A stretch of 56,408 nt of DNA, taken from the sequence record SRR2962707_5284; one strand, written 5' to 3'. The notes beneath the pieces were generated by a model, which was not told where the DNA came from, made no database searches, and was given only the letters and a program-made list of their open reading frames with translations. Made by a program: the position numbers and the translations under genes. Of this stretch, positions 28,003 to 37,303 are shown piece by piece; position 1 is the stretch's first letter, and each line of letters opens with the position of its first letter.

Positions 28003-29159
28003 GCCAGTCGGCCCCCAAGAGTTTCCGCAAACCAATCCGCGATAAAGCTACGTCCAAAACTCATATTGTCGGCGCCGACATGTTCCACGCCTCCCTCACG
28101 GTCTGTGAAAATACGTAGCTCGCGACGCGGTGAATTGGTCAACTGGTCGTAGCTTTGCTGAGCGTAATCGACGCTGATCTGACGATCGTTTGCGCCATGG
28201 GTCACAAGAAACGGTACTTTGATCTTTTCCATCTGACCGTTCAGATGCATGCCCTTGGATTTTTCCAGAAAATCTTCCTGGTCCTCGGCCCCAAACACCC
28301 AGTGGACGTGCTTCCAATAATGCGGCACCGGGTTTTCACCCTCGCGCTTCATGCGTTTTTGCTGCACTTCGGCCCAATTGTGGTTGGCCCCCCACACAGC
28401 GCCAGATGCAAAGCGCGGTTCATTTGCGCAAACACGGGGCGCGTAATAACCGCCAAGGGAAATGCCTGTTACGCCAATGCGATCTGCATCCACATCGTCT
28501 CGTGCGGCCAGCCATTCATAGACCGGTGTGCCCCATTTCTCGGACTCCACTTCGACCGGCATGTTCTGCAAGCGCAAGCTTTCACCGGTTCCCGGCTGAT
28601 CGACGCACAATGTGGAAATGCCACGTTTCGCCAGTTCCTGAGGAAGCCGCGACCAATACAGCAGCTCTTTGTTGCTATCGAGGCCATTGAGGTAAACCAC
28701 CGCTGGGGCGGGCCCATCTACGCCAATCGCCCGGGTGTAAATCACCGGAATCGTCTTGTCCCCGTACGGGATTTCGAAACGGGTTGCGTCCTCGCCTGAT
28801 TGTTGGGTTCCCAAAAGGAAGTTCTCGAGACCCTTCTTAAAAGTCGACATGCGGTTTTCGCTGCCATGAGCCTGCATGCGTTCTGCTGTGAGGTAATATA
28901 GCGCCGCGCGTTGACGCTTTGGCCCGGCAGACAAGAACCGACCTTTGGCTTCGTCTTCTTCGGCGAGCCCGACAAGCTTATCGGCAACCTTCATCCATTC
29001 TTGCATGAACTCTACAGTGCCGGCGTCTTCACCAGATTCTGCCTTGGCCAGCAAAGGCTGGCACATGTCCATGATTTCGCCAAGCTCAGCGCCGCTGGCC
29101 ATCGCAATTGATACTGAAAGATTCCAAACATAGTTTGGAAAATAGTCGAACATAGCCAT
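27999..29159 (-). CDS. Alpha/beta hydrolase, 2,6-dihydroxypseudooxynicotine-hydrolase/FdeB-like (possible C-C hydrolase)
   Basis: MFDYFPNYVWNLS, NGLDSNKE, DQPGTGE, GISLGGYY nucleophile elbow, EGGVEHV. Confidence 0.88.
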   Translation of the reverse strand: MAMFDYFPNYVWNLSVSIAMASGAELGEIMDMCQPLLAKAESGEDAGTVEFMQEWMKVADKLVGLAEEDEAKGRFLSAGPKRQRAALYYLTAERMQAHGSENRMSTFKKGLENFLLGTQQSGEDATRFEIPYGDKTIPVIYTRAIGVDGPAPAVVYLNGLDSNKELLYWSRLPQELAKRGISTLCVDQPGTGESLRLQNMPVEVESEKWGTPVYEWLAARDDVDADRIGVTGISLGGYYAPRVCANEPRFASGAVWGANHNWAEVQQKRMKREGENPVPHYWKHVHWVFGAEDQEDFLEKSKGMHLNGQMEKIKVPFLVTHGANDRQISVDYAQQSYDQLTNSPRRELRIFTDREGGVEHVGADNMSFGRSFIADWFAETLGGRLA

Positions 29160-29184
29160 GAGAGTTGGCCCCTTGATAATTAGA

Positions 29185-30306
29185 TTAGATTGGTTCGCAC
29201 ATCATGCCGATGGTTTGCCCATTCAGCGCACCGATATCGAAAGGTGGGATCTTGCCCATCTGCATTTCGCCAATGCGAATTGAGCTTTTTGCAACATGTG
29301 AGACGCGCGGCATCCGGCGTGTGCGATAAGCTTCGAATGCCTCTTCCGGTGCGGCTTTGGAGAGCTCCTCGGCCAACACAACCGCGTCCTCGATTGCCAT
29401 TCCAGCCCCCTGGGCCAGATGCGGCGTGGACGCATGAACCGCGTCACCAAGCAATACGACGCGGCCTTTATGCCAATCGCCTTCGAGCAGAATGGTTTCC
29501 ATCGGGCGCGCAACGACACCTTCGTCATCAGTTATCTGATCAATCAATGCCGCGATCTGGGGAGGGGGCATTTTGCGGGCTCGATCGCGCAAAGCTGCGG
29601 CAGCGCCTTCAACCGGCAAGGGTGTTTTGTCGGGCTCTTGTGATACAAGGAACATGTACATCAGGTCGGTTGTCATCGGGACAAGGCCTGCGTTCAACGG
29701 ACCTGCAAACACATGAATGCCATCCAGATCTGCCGGGCGTGGGAAGTTATACCGCCAAACCCATTGCCCTGTATATTCAGGGGCAGGTGCCTCTGGCATA
29801 ATTGTCTGGCGTGTCTGCGAGAAGATCCCGTCCGCGCCAATGACGATGTCATAACGCCCTGTAGTGGCGTCCGAGAAAGTGACGTCTACTCCTTCACCAT
29901 CATCGTTCATCTCAGTAACCGTGGTGCCAAGGCGTACTTCAGCACCAGCCTTTTTGACACCTTCCGCAAGAACCAGCTGAAGATCCGGGCGGCGAATTCC
30001 TGCATTCGAAGGATACTCAGGCCCCGCCAGGCGTGGTGTTTCAAATTTTGCTTCCTGGACGCCCCCTGGGCCCACAAACAATGTCGTGCTGTCAAAACCA
30101 AAGGAATGAGACAGGTAGTTGTCCAGAATTCCCAACTGGTTCATCACCCGGACAACATTCATCTGCTGAATGATGCCCACGCCATAGACGCTCCAGTCGT
30201 TGGAACGTTCAATGATGTCGACCTGAATTCCCTTTTGGCGCAGCGCGATACCCGCTGTAAGTCCGCCAATTCCCCCGCCGATGATGAGTGCTGTTTTAGC
30301 TTGCAT
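29185..30306 (-). CDS. FAD-dependent aromatic monooxygenase (FdeE-like)
   Basis: IIGGGIGG, VYGVGIIQ, GADGIFS, LLGDAVHA, LAQGAGMAIED; start ATG 30306 after GGGAGG. Confidence 0.92.
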   Translation of the reverse strand: MQAKTALIIGGGIGGLTAGIALRQKGIQVDIIERSNDWSVYGVGIIQQMNVVRVMNQLGILDNYLSHSFGFDSTTLFVGPGGVQEAKFETPRLAGPEYPSNAGIRRPDLQLVLAEGVKKAGAEVRLGTTVTEMNDDGEGVDVTFSDATTGRYDIVIGADGIFSQTRQTIMPEAPAPEYTGQWVWRYNFPRPADLDGIHVFAGPLNAGLVPMTTDLMYMFLVSQEPDKTPLPVEGAAAALRDRARKMPPPQIAALIDQITDDEGVVARPMETILLEGDWHKGRVVLLGDAVHASTPHLAQGAGMAIEDAVVLAEELSKAAPEEAFEAYRTRRMPRVSHVAKSSIRIGEMQMGKIPPFDIGALNGQTIGMMCEPI

Positions 30307-30360
30307 GTAGAGACCTCCCATGTTTGTCGCTAAGCTAAAACTCAATTGAGTATTTTAAAA

Positions 30361-30397
30361 ATTGAAAGGCACAATTGAACGTATCGGTTTCGTGGAT
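30361..30397 (-). promoter_or_regulatory. nod-box-like site upstream of the monooxygenase operon
   Basis: Minus strand tATC-cacgaaacc-GAT-acgttca-ATT-gtgcctttc-AAT-tttta; very close to the rhizobial nod-box architecture. Confidence 0.75.
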
Positions 30398-30399
30398 AC

Positions 30400-31305
30400 C
30401 TACCTGAATTCTTTGGTTGCCTCCAAAAATACGTTCCGTAGCCATGCGATCCCAGGGTCATTGTCACGATAGGCATGGCTTTGCAGCATTTGGCTCAGCT
30501 TGGGCATTTCAACGGGAAGGGGATAAATCGACAACTCGCCTTGAGGAGCAACAAGTTCGGCCAGTCTTTTGTGTACCGTTGCGATCCGATTCGTCCCAAT
30601 CACAAGATGTGGCAACGTGGAAAACGAAAACGTGCGCACGTCAACATTTCGCTTAACGCCAGAGTTTGCCAAGATTGTTGTCTCAACCGATTTTTCCGAA
30701 TTCGGCGGGACCATCACGGCGTGAGGCGCGGAACAATAAATGGCTTCGGTCATTTTGACATTACCATATTTCCCGTTTTTCCACGCAACGACGACGTATT
30801 CATCCTCAAACAATTGGGTGGCAGGGTGTTCTTTAGACAAGAATATGTCTGGAGAAATCAGAAAGTCGATCTCGCCACGTTCCAGCAATGCATGAGGCAA
30901 GTCCGTCTGAGGGCGTAAATTCAATCGGATGGTGGCGTTTTGTTCGTTCAGGAAACGCAACACGTTCGGCAGGATGACCCGCAACGAATAATCTGACAAA
31001 AGGATGTTGAAGACCCGGGTCGAGACGTCGGGACGGAATTCAGGTTGCGACTCAATGGTGGCTTCGATCCGCACAAGAATGTCGCGAATGGCTGGGCGCA
31101 TCGATTCTGCGAGCGGTGTGATCTCCATGCGGCGGCCAACCTGCACCAAGAGCGGGTCGTCAAAGTATTCACGCAACCGTGTCAGCGCGTTGGACATTGC
31201 GGATTGGCTCATGAACATTTTGTCGGCTGCAGCCGACACCGACCGAAGTTCAATCATGTGGTCAAGAGCCACCAAAAGGTTGAGATCGAGTTTTTTGAAA
31301 CGCAT
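30400..31305 (-). CDS. NodD/FdeR-like LysR regulator #3
   Basis: MRFKKLDLNLLVALDHMIELRSVSAAADKMFMSQSAMSNALTRLREYFDDPLL; divergent from the VOC operon. Confidence 0.92.
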   Translation of the reverse strand: MRFKKLDLNLLVALDHMIELRSVSAAADKMFMSQSAMSNALTRLREYFDDPLLVQVGRRMEITPLAESMRPAIRDILVRIEATIESQPEFRPDVSTRVFNILLSDYSLRVILPNVLRFLNEQNATIRLNLRPQTDLPHALLERGEIDFLISPDIFLSKEHPATQLFEDEYVVVAWKNGKYGNVKMTEAIYCSAPHAVMVPPNSEKSVETTILANSGVKRNVDVRTFSFSTLPHLVIGTNRIATVHKRLAELVAPQGELSIYPLPVEMPKLSQMLQSHAYRDNDPGIAWLRNVFLEATKEFR

Positions 31306-31332
31306 ACGAGCATGCTAGCTCAAGCCACTGCC

Positions 31333-31369
31333 ATTTGTCCAATCAATGCATGGCATTTAATCTTACAAT
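31333..31369 (+). promoter_or_regulatory. nod-box-like site upstream of the VOC-Rieske-cyclase-TRAP operon
   Basis: cATT-tgtccaatc-AAT-gcatggc-ATT-taatcttac-AAT-tttt (9/7/9). Confidence 0.7.
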
Positions 31370-31424
31370 TTTTCGATAGGTTACCAATCGTTAAACATAG
31401 GCTGCAAACAGGGAGTGATTGCAT

Positions 31425-32357
31425 ATGCGAATTATTGGGCCAGACGAATTGGTATTCGGCGTTGACAGCATTGACGACTGCGCCAAATACCTGTCAGATT
31501 TCGGTTTGACGGATGTTGGGGACGGCCGGTTTGAAGCGTTGGATAAGACTTCGCTAACTATTCGTTCAATTGATGATCCTTCTCTTCCAGCGCCTCTGAA
31601 GACAGCCACAAAGCTCCGTTTGACTATTTGGGGCGTCGAAGATCAGGCCGCTCTGGATGAAATTGAAGCTGAGCTATCCAAAGACAGAGACGTGCGAAAA
31701 GATGAAGCCGGGACGCTTTATACCCGCGATGACACCGGTTTCGAAATTGCCTTTCGCGTCACGCAGCGCATCGAGCTGGATATGCCTGCCGAAATGATCA
31801 ACTCGCCAGGGGCCAAGCCGGGCCGCCCGACGAATCAGGTTGGGTCAAACCAGGACGCCGAAGCAAAACCGCGCACACTAAGCCACATCGTGTATTTTGT
31901 TCCTGACATGGAAGTTATGGCGAACTTCTACATTGAGCGCCTGGGATTTGTGATCACTGATAAGTTTAAAAACACTGGTCCATTCTTGCGTCCGCAAGCC
32001 AACAAAGACCACCACGTCTTGTTCATGCTGCAAACGCCTGACTACATGCAGGGCCTCGAACACTTGGCCTTTCACATGCAGGGACCGACCGAGCTGATGC
32101 TGGCAGGTTCACGCATGGTTCAAAAGGGATATGAAAGCTTCTGGGGACCAGGTCGGCATAAGTTCGGATCGAACTGGTTCTGGTATTTCAACTCTCCCTT
32201 GGGCGCCCACATGGAATACGATGCTGACATGGATCATCATGACGGCGATTGGGTCGAACGCGAAGAAGTCATGAGCAAAGAGGCTGCTCAGCTGTTCTTG
32301 TTTGAGAATGTCGAAAGATGGGCACCGGGTGGTGGTCCTCCTCCCGGTAAGAAGTAG
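31425..32357 (+). CDS. VOC family extradiol dioxygenase (FdeC-like)
   Basis: LSHIVYF, DHHVLF, LEHLAFH, WGPGRHKFGSNWFWYF, EYDADMD. Confidence 0.9.
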   Translation: MRIIGPDELVFGVDSIDDCAKYLSDFGLTDVGDGRFEALDKTSLTIRSIDDPSLPAPLKTATKLRLTIWGVEDQAALDEIEAELSKDRDVRKDEAGTLYTRDDTGFEIAFRVTQRIELDMPAEMINSPGAKPGRPTNQVGSNQDAEAKPRTLSHIVYFVPDMEVMANFYIERLGFVITDKFKNTGPFLRPQANKDHHVLFMLQTPDYMQGLEHLAFHMQGPTELMLAGSRMVQKGYESFWGPGRHKFGSNWFWYFNSPLGAHMEYDADMDHHDGDWVEREEVMSKEAAQLFLFENVERWAPGGGPPPGKK

Positions 32358-32366
32358 CGCGATCTT

Positions 32367-32702
32367 GTGAGCACATTTCTATGCGCATTAGAGGACGTCC
32401 CGGATGGAGGAAGCAAAGGCATCCTACCAAATGAACGAGGACGTGATCAGGGATTCCTTGTTCGCAAGGGGTCCCAGGTATTTGCCTATGTGAACAACTG
32501 TCCGCACTATGATCGGGCACCTCTTGGCTGGAAAAAGGACGCGTTCCTAAACGGTTCCGGACAAAAAATTATGTGCTCCTCTCACGGCGCACTCTTCCGG
32601 ATTGAAGATGGTGTTTGTGAAATTGGACCCTGCATTGGGCAATCACTGGAACCAATCGAAGTAAAAGTGATCGATGGGCAAATTATGCGTGTCGAAAAAT
32701 AG
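32367..32702 (+). CDS. Rieske (2Fe-2S) ferredoxin (FdeD-like)
   Basis: NNCPH...IMCSSHGALF...GPC. Confidence 0.9.
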   Translation: MSTFLCALEDVPDGGSKGILPNERGRDQGFLVRKGSQVFAYVNNCPHYDRAPLGWKKDAFLNGSGQKIMCSSHGALFRIEDGVCEIGPCIGQSLEPIEVKVIDGQIMRVEK

Positions 32703-32758
32703 GAGCCCATTTGGGCCCCCAAAAATAGAAGAATGTCAAAAGACGGAGAATAGAAAGC

Positions 32759-33532
32759 ATGGCCAGACAAATTATCGACCTTGCGGTATGCTTGACCGAT
32801 CAGATTGCGTCTGATCCTCCCGGATTGGGGCCGTCGATCACCTATCTTGATCACGCAGCTGGTGCGGAAGAGTTTTCCCAAATGTTCGGCGTGCCTCCCA
32901 GTGAATTTCGCGATTCGGCAGGGGCAGCGGTAGAGCGTATGACGCTTTCCACACACAACGGTACTCATATGGATGCGCCTTGGCATTACCACCCAACAAT
33001 GGATGGCGGTGCTCGAGCCATAACCATTGATGAGGTGCCGCTCGAGTGGTGCATGGGACCAGGCGTCAAGCTGGATTTCCGTGATCGTCCGAACGGACAC
33101 ACGATTTCTGCGGCAGAGATCGAGGCTGAATTGGCGCGGATCAATCACACGTTGCAGGAAGGCGATATCGTTCTTGTGAATACGGCTGCCGGCGCACGTT
33201 ATGGCGAAGATGATTATGTCGCCTCCGGGTGCGGGATTGGCCGTGAGGCAACATTGTATCTAACCGAACGCGGTATGAAAGTCTGCGGCACAGACGCATG
33301 GAGCTGGGATGCTCCGCTCATGGTGCAGGCCAACACCGCGCGCGAAACCGGCGATTGGTCGATTTTCTGGGAAGGCCATAAGGCCGGAGCAGACACGGTT
33401 TACTGCCACATGGAAAAATTGGGAAACTTGGACAAGCTGCCTTCAACTGGGTTCGAAGTTATTGCTCTACCTGTCAAAGTTGAAAAAGGATCTGCCGGAT
33501 GGTGCAGACCCGTGGCCATCATAAACAGCTGA
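32759..33532 (+). CDS. Cyclase family (kynurenine formamidase-like) metal hydrolase (FdeG-like)
   Basis: THNGTHMDAPWH, GTDAWSWD, WEGHKAG, HMEKL. Confidence 0.9.
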   Translation: MARQIIDLAVCLTDQIASDPPGLGPSITYLDHAAGAEEFSQMFGVPPSEFRDSAGAAVERMTLSTHNGTHMDAPWHYHPTMDGGARAITIDEVPLEWCMGPGVKLDFRDRPNGHTISAAEIEAELARINHTLQEGDIVLVNTAAGARYGEDDYVASGCGIGREATLYLTERGMKVCGTDAWSWDAPLMVQANTARETGDWSIFWEGHKAGADTVYCHMEKLGNLDKLPSTGFEVIALPVKVEKGSAGWCRPVAIINS

Positions 33533-33559
33533 TTAGCTGGCAACTCGGGAGGAGTTGAA

Positions 33560-35485
33560 ATGGAAAGTACTCAAACAAGCGCGCCTGTGCGATTTGGGTG
33601 GATTAAGAGCATTACAGGGGTGATTTCGATCATCTCTATTTCTGCTGCTTTGCTCGGCGCACTGGCCATTGTTTTGGATGTATTGGGTCGCTGGCTTTTT
33701 GGCGTATCCGTCTTTGCGTTGAACGAAATCATGTCGACAATTTTTGCCGTGGCCATTGCACTGACTTTGCCGGCGGGCGCAGCATCGCGGGTCAATCTTA
33801 AGGTAGATTTATTGTCGCATCTTACAGGTCCAAGGTTGTCGGCTTGGTTAAAGGTGGTCGGGGCGGTAATGCTCGGTGTGTTCTTTTCGATCCTGGCCTG
33901 GAGATTGTGGGGATTGGCGGTACGATATGACTCGCAGGGTCGTGCGTCTGCGCTTTTGCAGCTGCCTCTTGCGTCTACGTATTACGCCATCTCAATTGCC
34001 ATTGGCGCAGCGGCTGTCGTGCAGGTTTTCAACTTCATTGAGGATTTCAGCGACGCGCTACGCGAAAAACAGGAAGAAAAGACGCATCCGATTGTTTGGG
34101 GCATTGTGGCGGCCTTCTTAGCGGTGGTTCTCGGTGTTGCTACTTGGGTATTTACCGATTTTGACAGCTATTCCGAATTCATCTTCGTTAATCCCGGTAC
34201 AGCAGCCATCGTTGGTTTCATTCTTCTTTGGCTCGGCGTGCTATTGCAGCTGCCCTTGGCCACTGTGACCGCGATGATTGGTGTCTGCGGCTCCATTGCC
34301 TTCATCGGTGGTAGCGCGTCTATGAACACCTTTGCCGGTGACGCCGCCGCCTTTTTACGGAACGAACAGGTCGCGACCTTGCCGATGTTCCTTATCATGG
34401 GCGCATTTGCTGTTGTTGCGGGCGTGTCGGACGATCTCTTCCGTCTGGGACAAGCCTTGTTGGGCCGGTTCCGGGGCGGTTTGTCCTATGCGACTATTGC
34501 TGGCTGCGCTGGCTTTGGGGCGGTCTCTGGCAACTCTATCGCGACCTCGGCAACGTTCGGTCGGATGGCGCTACCTGCGATGAAGAAGGCCGGATATGCG
34601 TCGACGCTCTCTACCGCGAGTGTTGCCGCTGGCGGGACTTTGGGGGCCTTGGTGCCACCGTCCGGGGTTATCATCTTGTTCGCTTTGCTGACAGAAACCT
34701 CGATTGGCGACCTGTTTGTTGCGGCGATGATCCCAGCACTCTTGGCTGTGTTACTGTACTTCGGAACCGTATTCTGCATTGTCCGCCTGAACCCTGACGC
34801 GGTCCCCCCTGCCGAAAGCGGGAGCATGTCTGACTTGATTCCTGCGCTGCGTGGATCATTCCCCGTGGTTCTGATGTTTGCTGTCGTGATTGGTGGTCTG
34901 TATGGCGGTCTGTTTACGGCAACGGAAAGTGCGGCGGTTGGCGCGATTAGTGCTGTGGTACTTGCGTTCATGCGGGGCCGTCTGAACCGTTCGTCTATTT
35001 TGCAGGTCTTTGCGGAAACCACAGCAACCACCGCCATGATCTATGCTTTGATTTTCGGCGGCCTTGTCTTCGCCTTCTTTATCAACCTTGGTGGCGCACC
35101 AGATTTGGTTAGCGCTTGGATTGCCAGCATTGATGCGCGCCCCTTGTTCATTCTAATCCTGCTCATTGTGATCTACCTGCTTTTGGGCTCGATCATGGAC
35201 AGCTTTGGCGTCATGATCATCACTCTGCCGGTTGTCACACCGATCATTCTCGATTTGGGCTATGATATGTTGTTCTGGGGCATTCTGATGCTTGTGGTGG
35301 TTGAAATTGGTATGATCACACCTCCGTTTGGCATGAACCTGTTCATTATCAAAAGCATCGATCCCAACGTGCGTCTTGGCACAGTGATGAAGGGTGTTGT
35401 GCCCTTTATCATCGCGGACTTCATTAAGATCGTTGCTCTTGTCGCTTTTCCCGCGTTGGCTCTCTGGCTTCCGTCGACGATGTAG
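33560..35485 (+). CDS. Fused TRAP small+large permease (DctQ-DctM)
   Basis: N-terminal four-TM DctQ-like part (DVLGRWLF...VDLL) followed by DctM motifs AGGTLGALVPPS, FTATESA, GMITPPFGMNLF. Confidence 0.9.
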   Translation: MESTQTSAPVRFGWIKSITGVISIISISAALLGALAIVLDVLGRWLFGVSVFALNEIMSTIFAVAIALTLPAGAASRVNLKVDLLSHLTGPRLSAWLKVVGAVMLGVFFSILAWRLWGLAVRYDSQGRASALLQLPLASTYYAISIAIGAAAVVQVFNFIEDFSDALREKQEEKTHPIVWGIVAAFLAVVLGVATWVFTDFDSYSEFIFVNPGTAAIVGFILLWLGVLLQLPLATVTAMIGVCGSIAFIGGSASMNTFAGDAAAFLRNEQVATLPMFLIMGAFAVVAGVSDDLFRLGQALLGRFRGGLSYATIAGCAGFGAVSGNSIATSATFGRMALPAMKKAGYASTLSTASVAAGGTLGALVPPSGVIILFALLTETSIGDLFVAAMIPALLAVLLYFGTVFCIVRLNPDAVPPAESGSMSDLIPALRGSFPVVLMFAVVIGGLYGGLFTATESAAVGAISAVVLAFMRGRLNRSSILQVFAETTATTAMIYALIFGGLVFAFFINLGGAPDLVSAWIASIDARPLFILILLIVIYLLLGSIMDSFGVMIITLPVVTPIILDLGYDMLFWGILMLVVVEIGMITPPFGMNLFIIKSIDPNVRLGTVMKGVVPFIIADFIKIVALVAFPALALWLPSTM

Positions 35486-35516
35486 ACGGGGCATGACATA
35501 AGGCCCGATAATAATT

Positions 35517-35553
35517 GGCCGACCAGAGAGATCTGGTCGGCCTTCTTGTTTTG
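35517..35553 (+). terminator. Intrinsic terminator after dctQM
   Basis: GGCCGACCAGA-gaga-TCTGGTCGGCC followed by TTCTTGTTTT. Confidence 0.75.
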
Positions 35554-35949
35554 TGATGGACGTTTGGCGCGTTTTGTAAGTGAGTTGCCGCGCTCAGCAT
35601 CCGCCGCTGTGGTTACCCTGTGACGAAGGTATGCCATTATGCTACTGCCGACAAAGACCTCGCTTAGGACAAGTCCCTGAGGCTTTGTCTGGCCTCAATT
35701 CTGTCAGGGGGCTAGCGCTGAATGATTAGAGTGACGGGAGGGCTCCGGGCGGCTTTCCTAATTCGTAAAACTCGGTTCAGCTTATCCGCTCATAGATAGT
35801 GGTGCCACCTACTGGTCCAGGCATGGAATTTTGAAGAACGGGCCTGTTCGAATTGTTGGTACCGTCTTCCTCTAGTCGTGTCCTTATGGCCTTTTCGGGG
35901 CTCAGGCATTCCTTCGACGAACGAAGAGGATAAGCGCCTATCATTGAAC

Positions 35950-35984
35950 AAAAAAGGCCGACCAGAGCGTTCCGGTCGGCCTTC
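35950..35984 (-). terminator. Intrinsic terminator after dctP
   Basis: AAAAAAGGCCGACC...GGTCGGCCTT hairpin with U-tract on the minus strand. Confidence 0.75.
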
Positions 35985-36008
35985 CAAAAATGTATTTTTT
36001 AGTCTGGC

Positions 36009-37025
36009 TTATTCGCCTGTCATTTTGCGGGCCTCTGCCATGGCCGCTTCCCATTGTTCGATCAATTCAGCACCATTTGGGACACGCTTGTCAAAACTAG
36101 CTTTGAGCTGTGGACCAAGGGCTTCTTTCATGGCGTTCAGCTCTTCTGGGTCAATTTCATTGATCGTGTGACCGTCTGTTGCCTTTACAAAGGCTTCGCC
36201 GTCGGCTTCCCACTGATCGACGATTGCGCCCATCTGGCGTGTCGTGTCACAGCCTGAATTGGCATCGAGCACGGCACGCGCTTCGTCTGACAGAGCTTCG
36301 TAGCGTTCGCGCAGCATAAAGACCATACCAGTGGCGCCGCCTAACGGAACGTTCATGTGGTCGGTTGTAACTTCTTGCAAGTTAAACGCCGGGAACGCGG
36401 TGAAAGTCATAAAACTACCGTCCGCCGTGCCACGCTGCAAAGCTTGATAATGCTCTGGTACAACAATCGACAGCGGTGTGCCGCCATAGGCCGAAACGAT
36501 TTGCGATGCGGTTGGGCTGCCCACCATGATCTTCTTACCTTCAAGCGCTGTCATATCTGTGACAGGGCTATCCTTTAGGTGAACAGATGATTGCGGGAAG
36601 GGCACAAAGAACAAAGGCATATAGTCGCTAAGCTCTTCATCAAACGCGCCACTTTCATAAAGCGTACAGAACGCAATCGCGTTAGCTTCTGCAGAACCGG
36701 AGACGAAGGGAACGGTTGAAATCAAGGACCGTGGGAAACGACCGGGGTTAAAAACAAGCATTCCCCAGGCAATTTGGACGATATCGTCGGTCACGCGGTC
36801 AACATAGTTGCTTGAATTCACCAACATTTGTCCGTGACGCACAGCGATCGTCAGCTCATCACCGCCTTCGGCGTTAACCTTGTCTGCCCACGGAATAAAG
36901 ACACGTTTGTTGATCGGGTGAATGATCACGTTTCCCGTCCCAAAGGTGAGCCGTTCTGCTGCAGCGGCTATTGGCGAAAGTGCGGTCGCACCAGCCAACA
37001 ATAAAGCCGTTAGTTTTTTACGCAT
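36009..37025 (-). CDS. dctP: TRAP transporter substrate-binding protein
   Basis: Signal peptide; HPINKRVFIPWA, GRFPRS, YQALQRGTADG, YEALSDEARAVLD; GGGAGG RBS. Confidence 0.88.
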   Translation of the reverse strand: MRKKLTALLLAGATALSPIAAAAERLTFGTGNVIIHPINKRVFIPWADKVNAEGGDELTIAVRHGQMLVNSSNYVDRVTDDIVQIAWGMLVFNPGRFPRSLISTVPFVSGSAEANAIAFCTLYESGAFDEELSDYMPLFFVPFPQSSVHLKDSPVTDMTALEGKKIMVGSPTASQIVSAYGGTPLSIVVPEHYQALQRGTADGSFMTFTAFPAFNLQEVTTDHMNVPLGGATGMVFMLRERYEALSDEARAVLDANSGCDTTRQMGAIVDQWEADGEAFVKATDGHTINEIDPEELNAMKEALGPQLKASFDKRVPNGAELIEQWEAAMAEARKMTGE

Positions 37026-37103
37026 GAGTTCCTCCCAAGAAATACATTAGAGACCACAGCTGGCCGATGAGCTTTAACATACTCTGAAGAGTGGTGTTTC
37101 GGA

Positions 37104-37141
37104 ATTGAATTGATTTAATGCACGATATCGATCCGATGAAT
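37104..37141 (-). promoter_or_regulatory. nod-box-like site upstream of dctP
   Basis: Minus strand cATT-catcggatc-GAT-atcgtgc-ATT-aaatcaattc-AAT (9/7/10). Confidence 0.65.
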
Positions 37142-37162
37142 GACTAAGGTTGAGGCTCAACT

Positions 37163-37199
37163 GTTCATATTATCAATGATTGGTATTCGATTATTTCGT
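37163..37199 (+). promoter_or_regulatory. Degenerate nod-box-like site upstream of the secreted protein
   Basis: GTT-catattatc-AAT-gattggt-ATT-cgattattt-CGT-tttt. Confidence 0.4.
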
Positions 37200-37303
37200 T
37201 TTTGGAATAGTATGACCAACCGTATGATTGTCTCACGAAAAGGGAAGGGCGGTCTCGGTCACCGACACGACATTGTCCAGATCCCGTTGTGGAGGAGAAA
37301 AGA

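Noticed and set aside
11162-31305. Nodulation (nod) locus
   Set aside because: NodD-like regulators and boxes are present, but there are no nodABC/nodIJ homologs; the regulated genes are catabolic.
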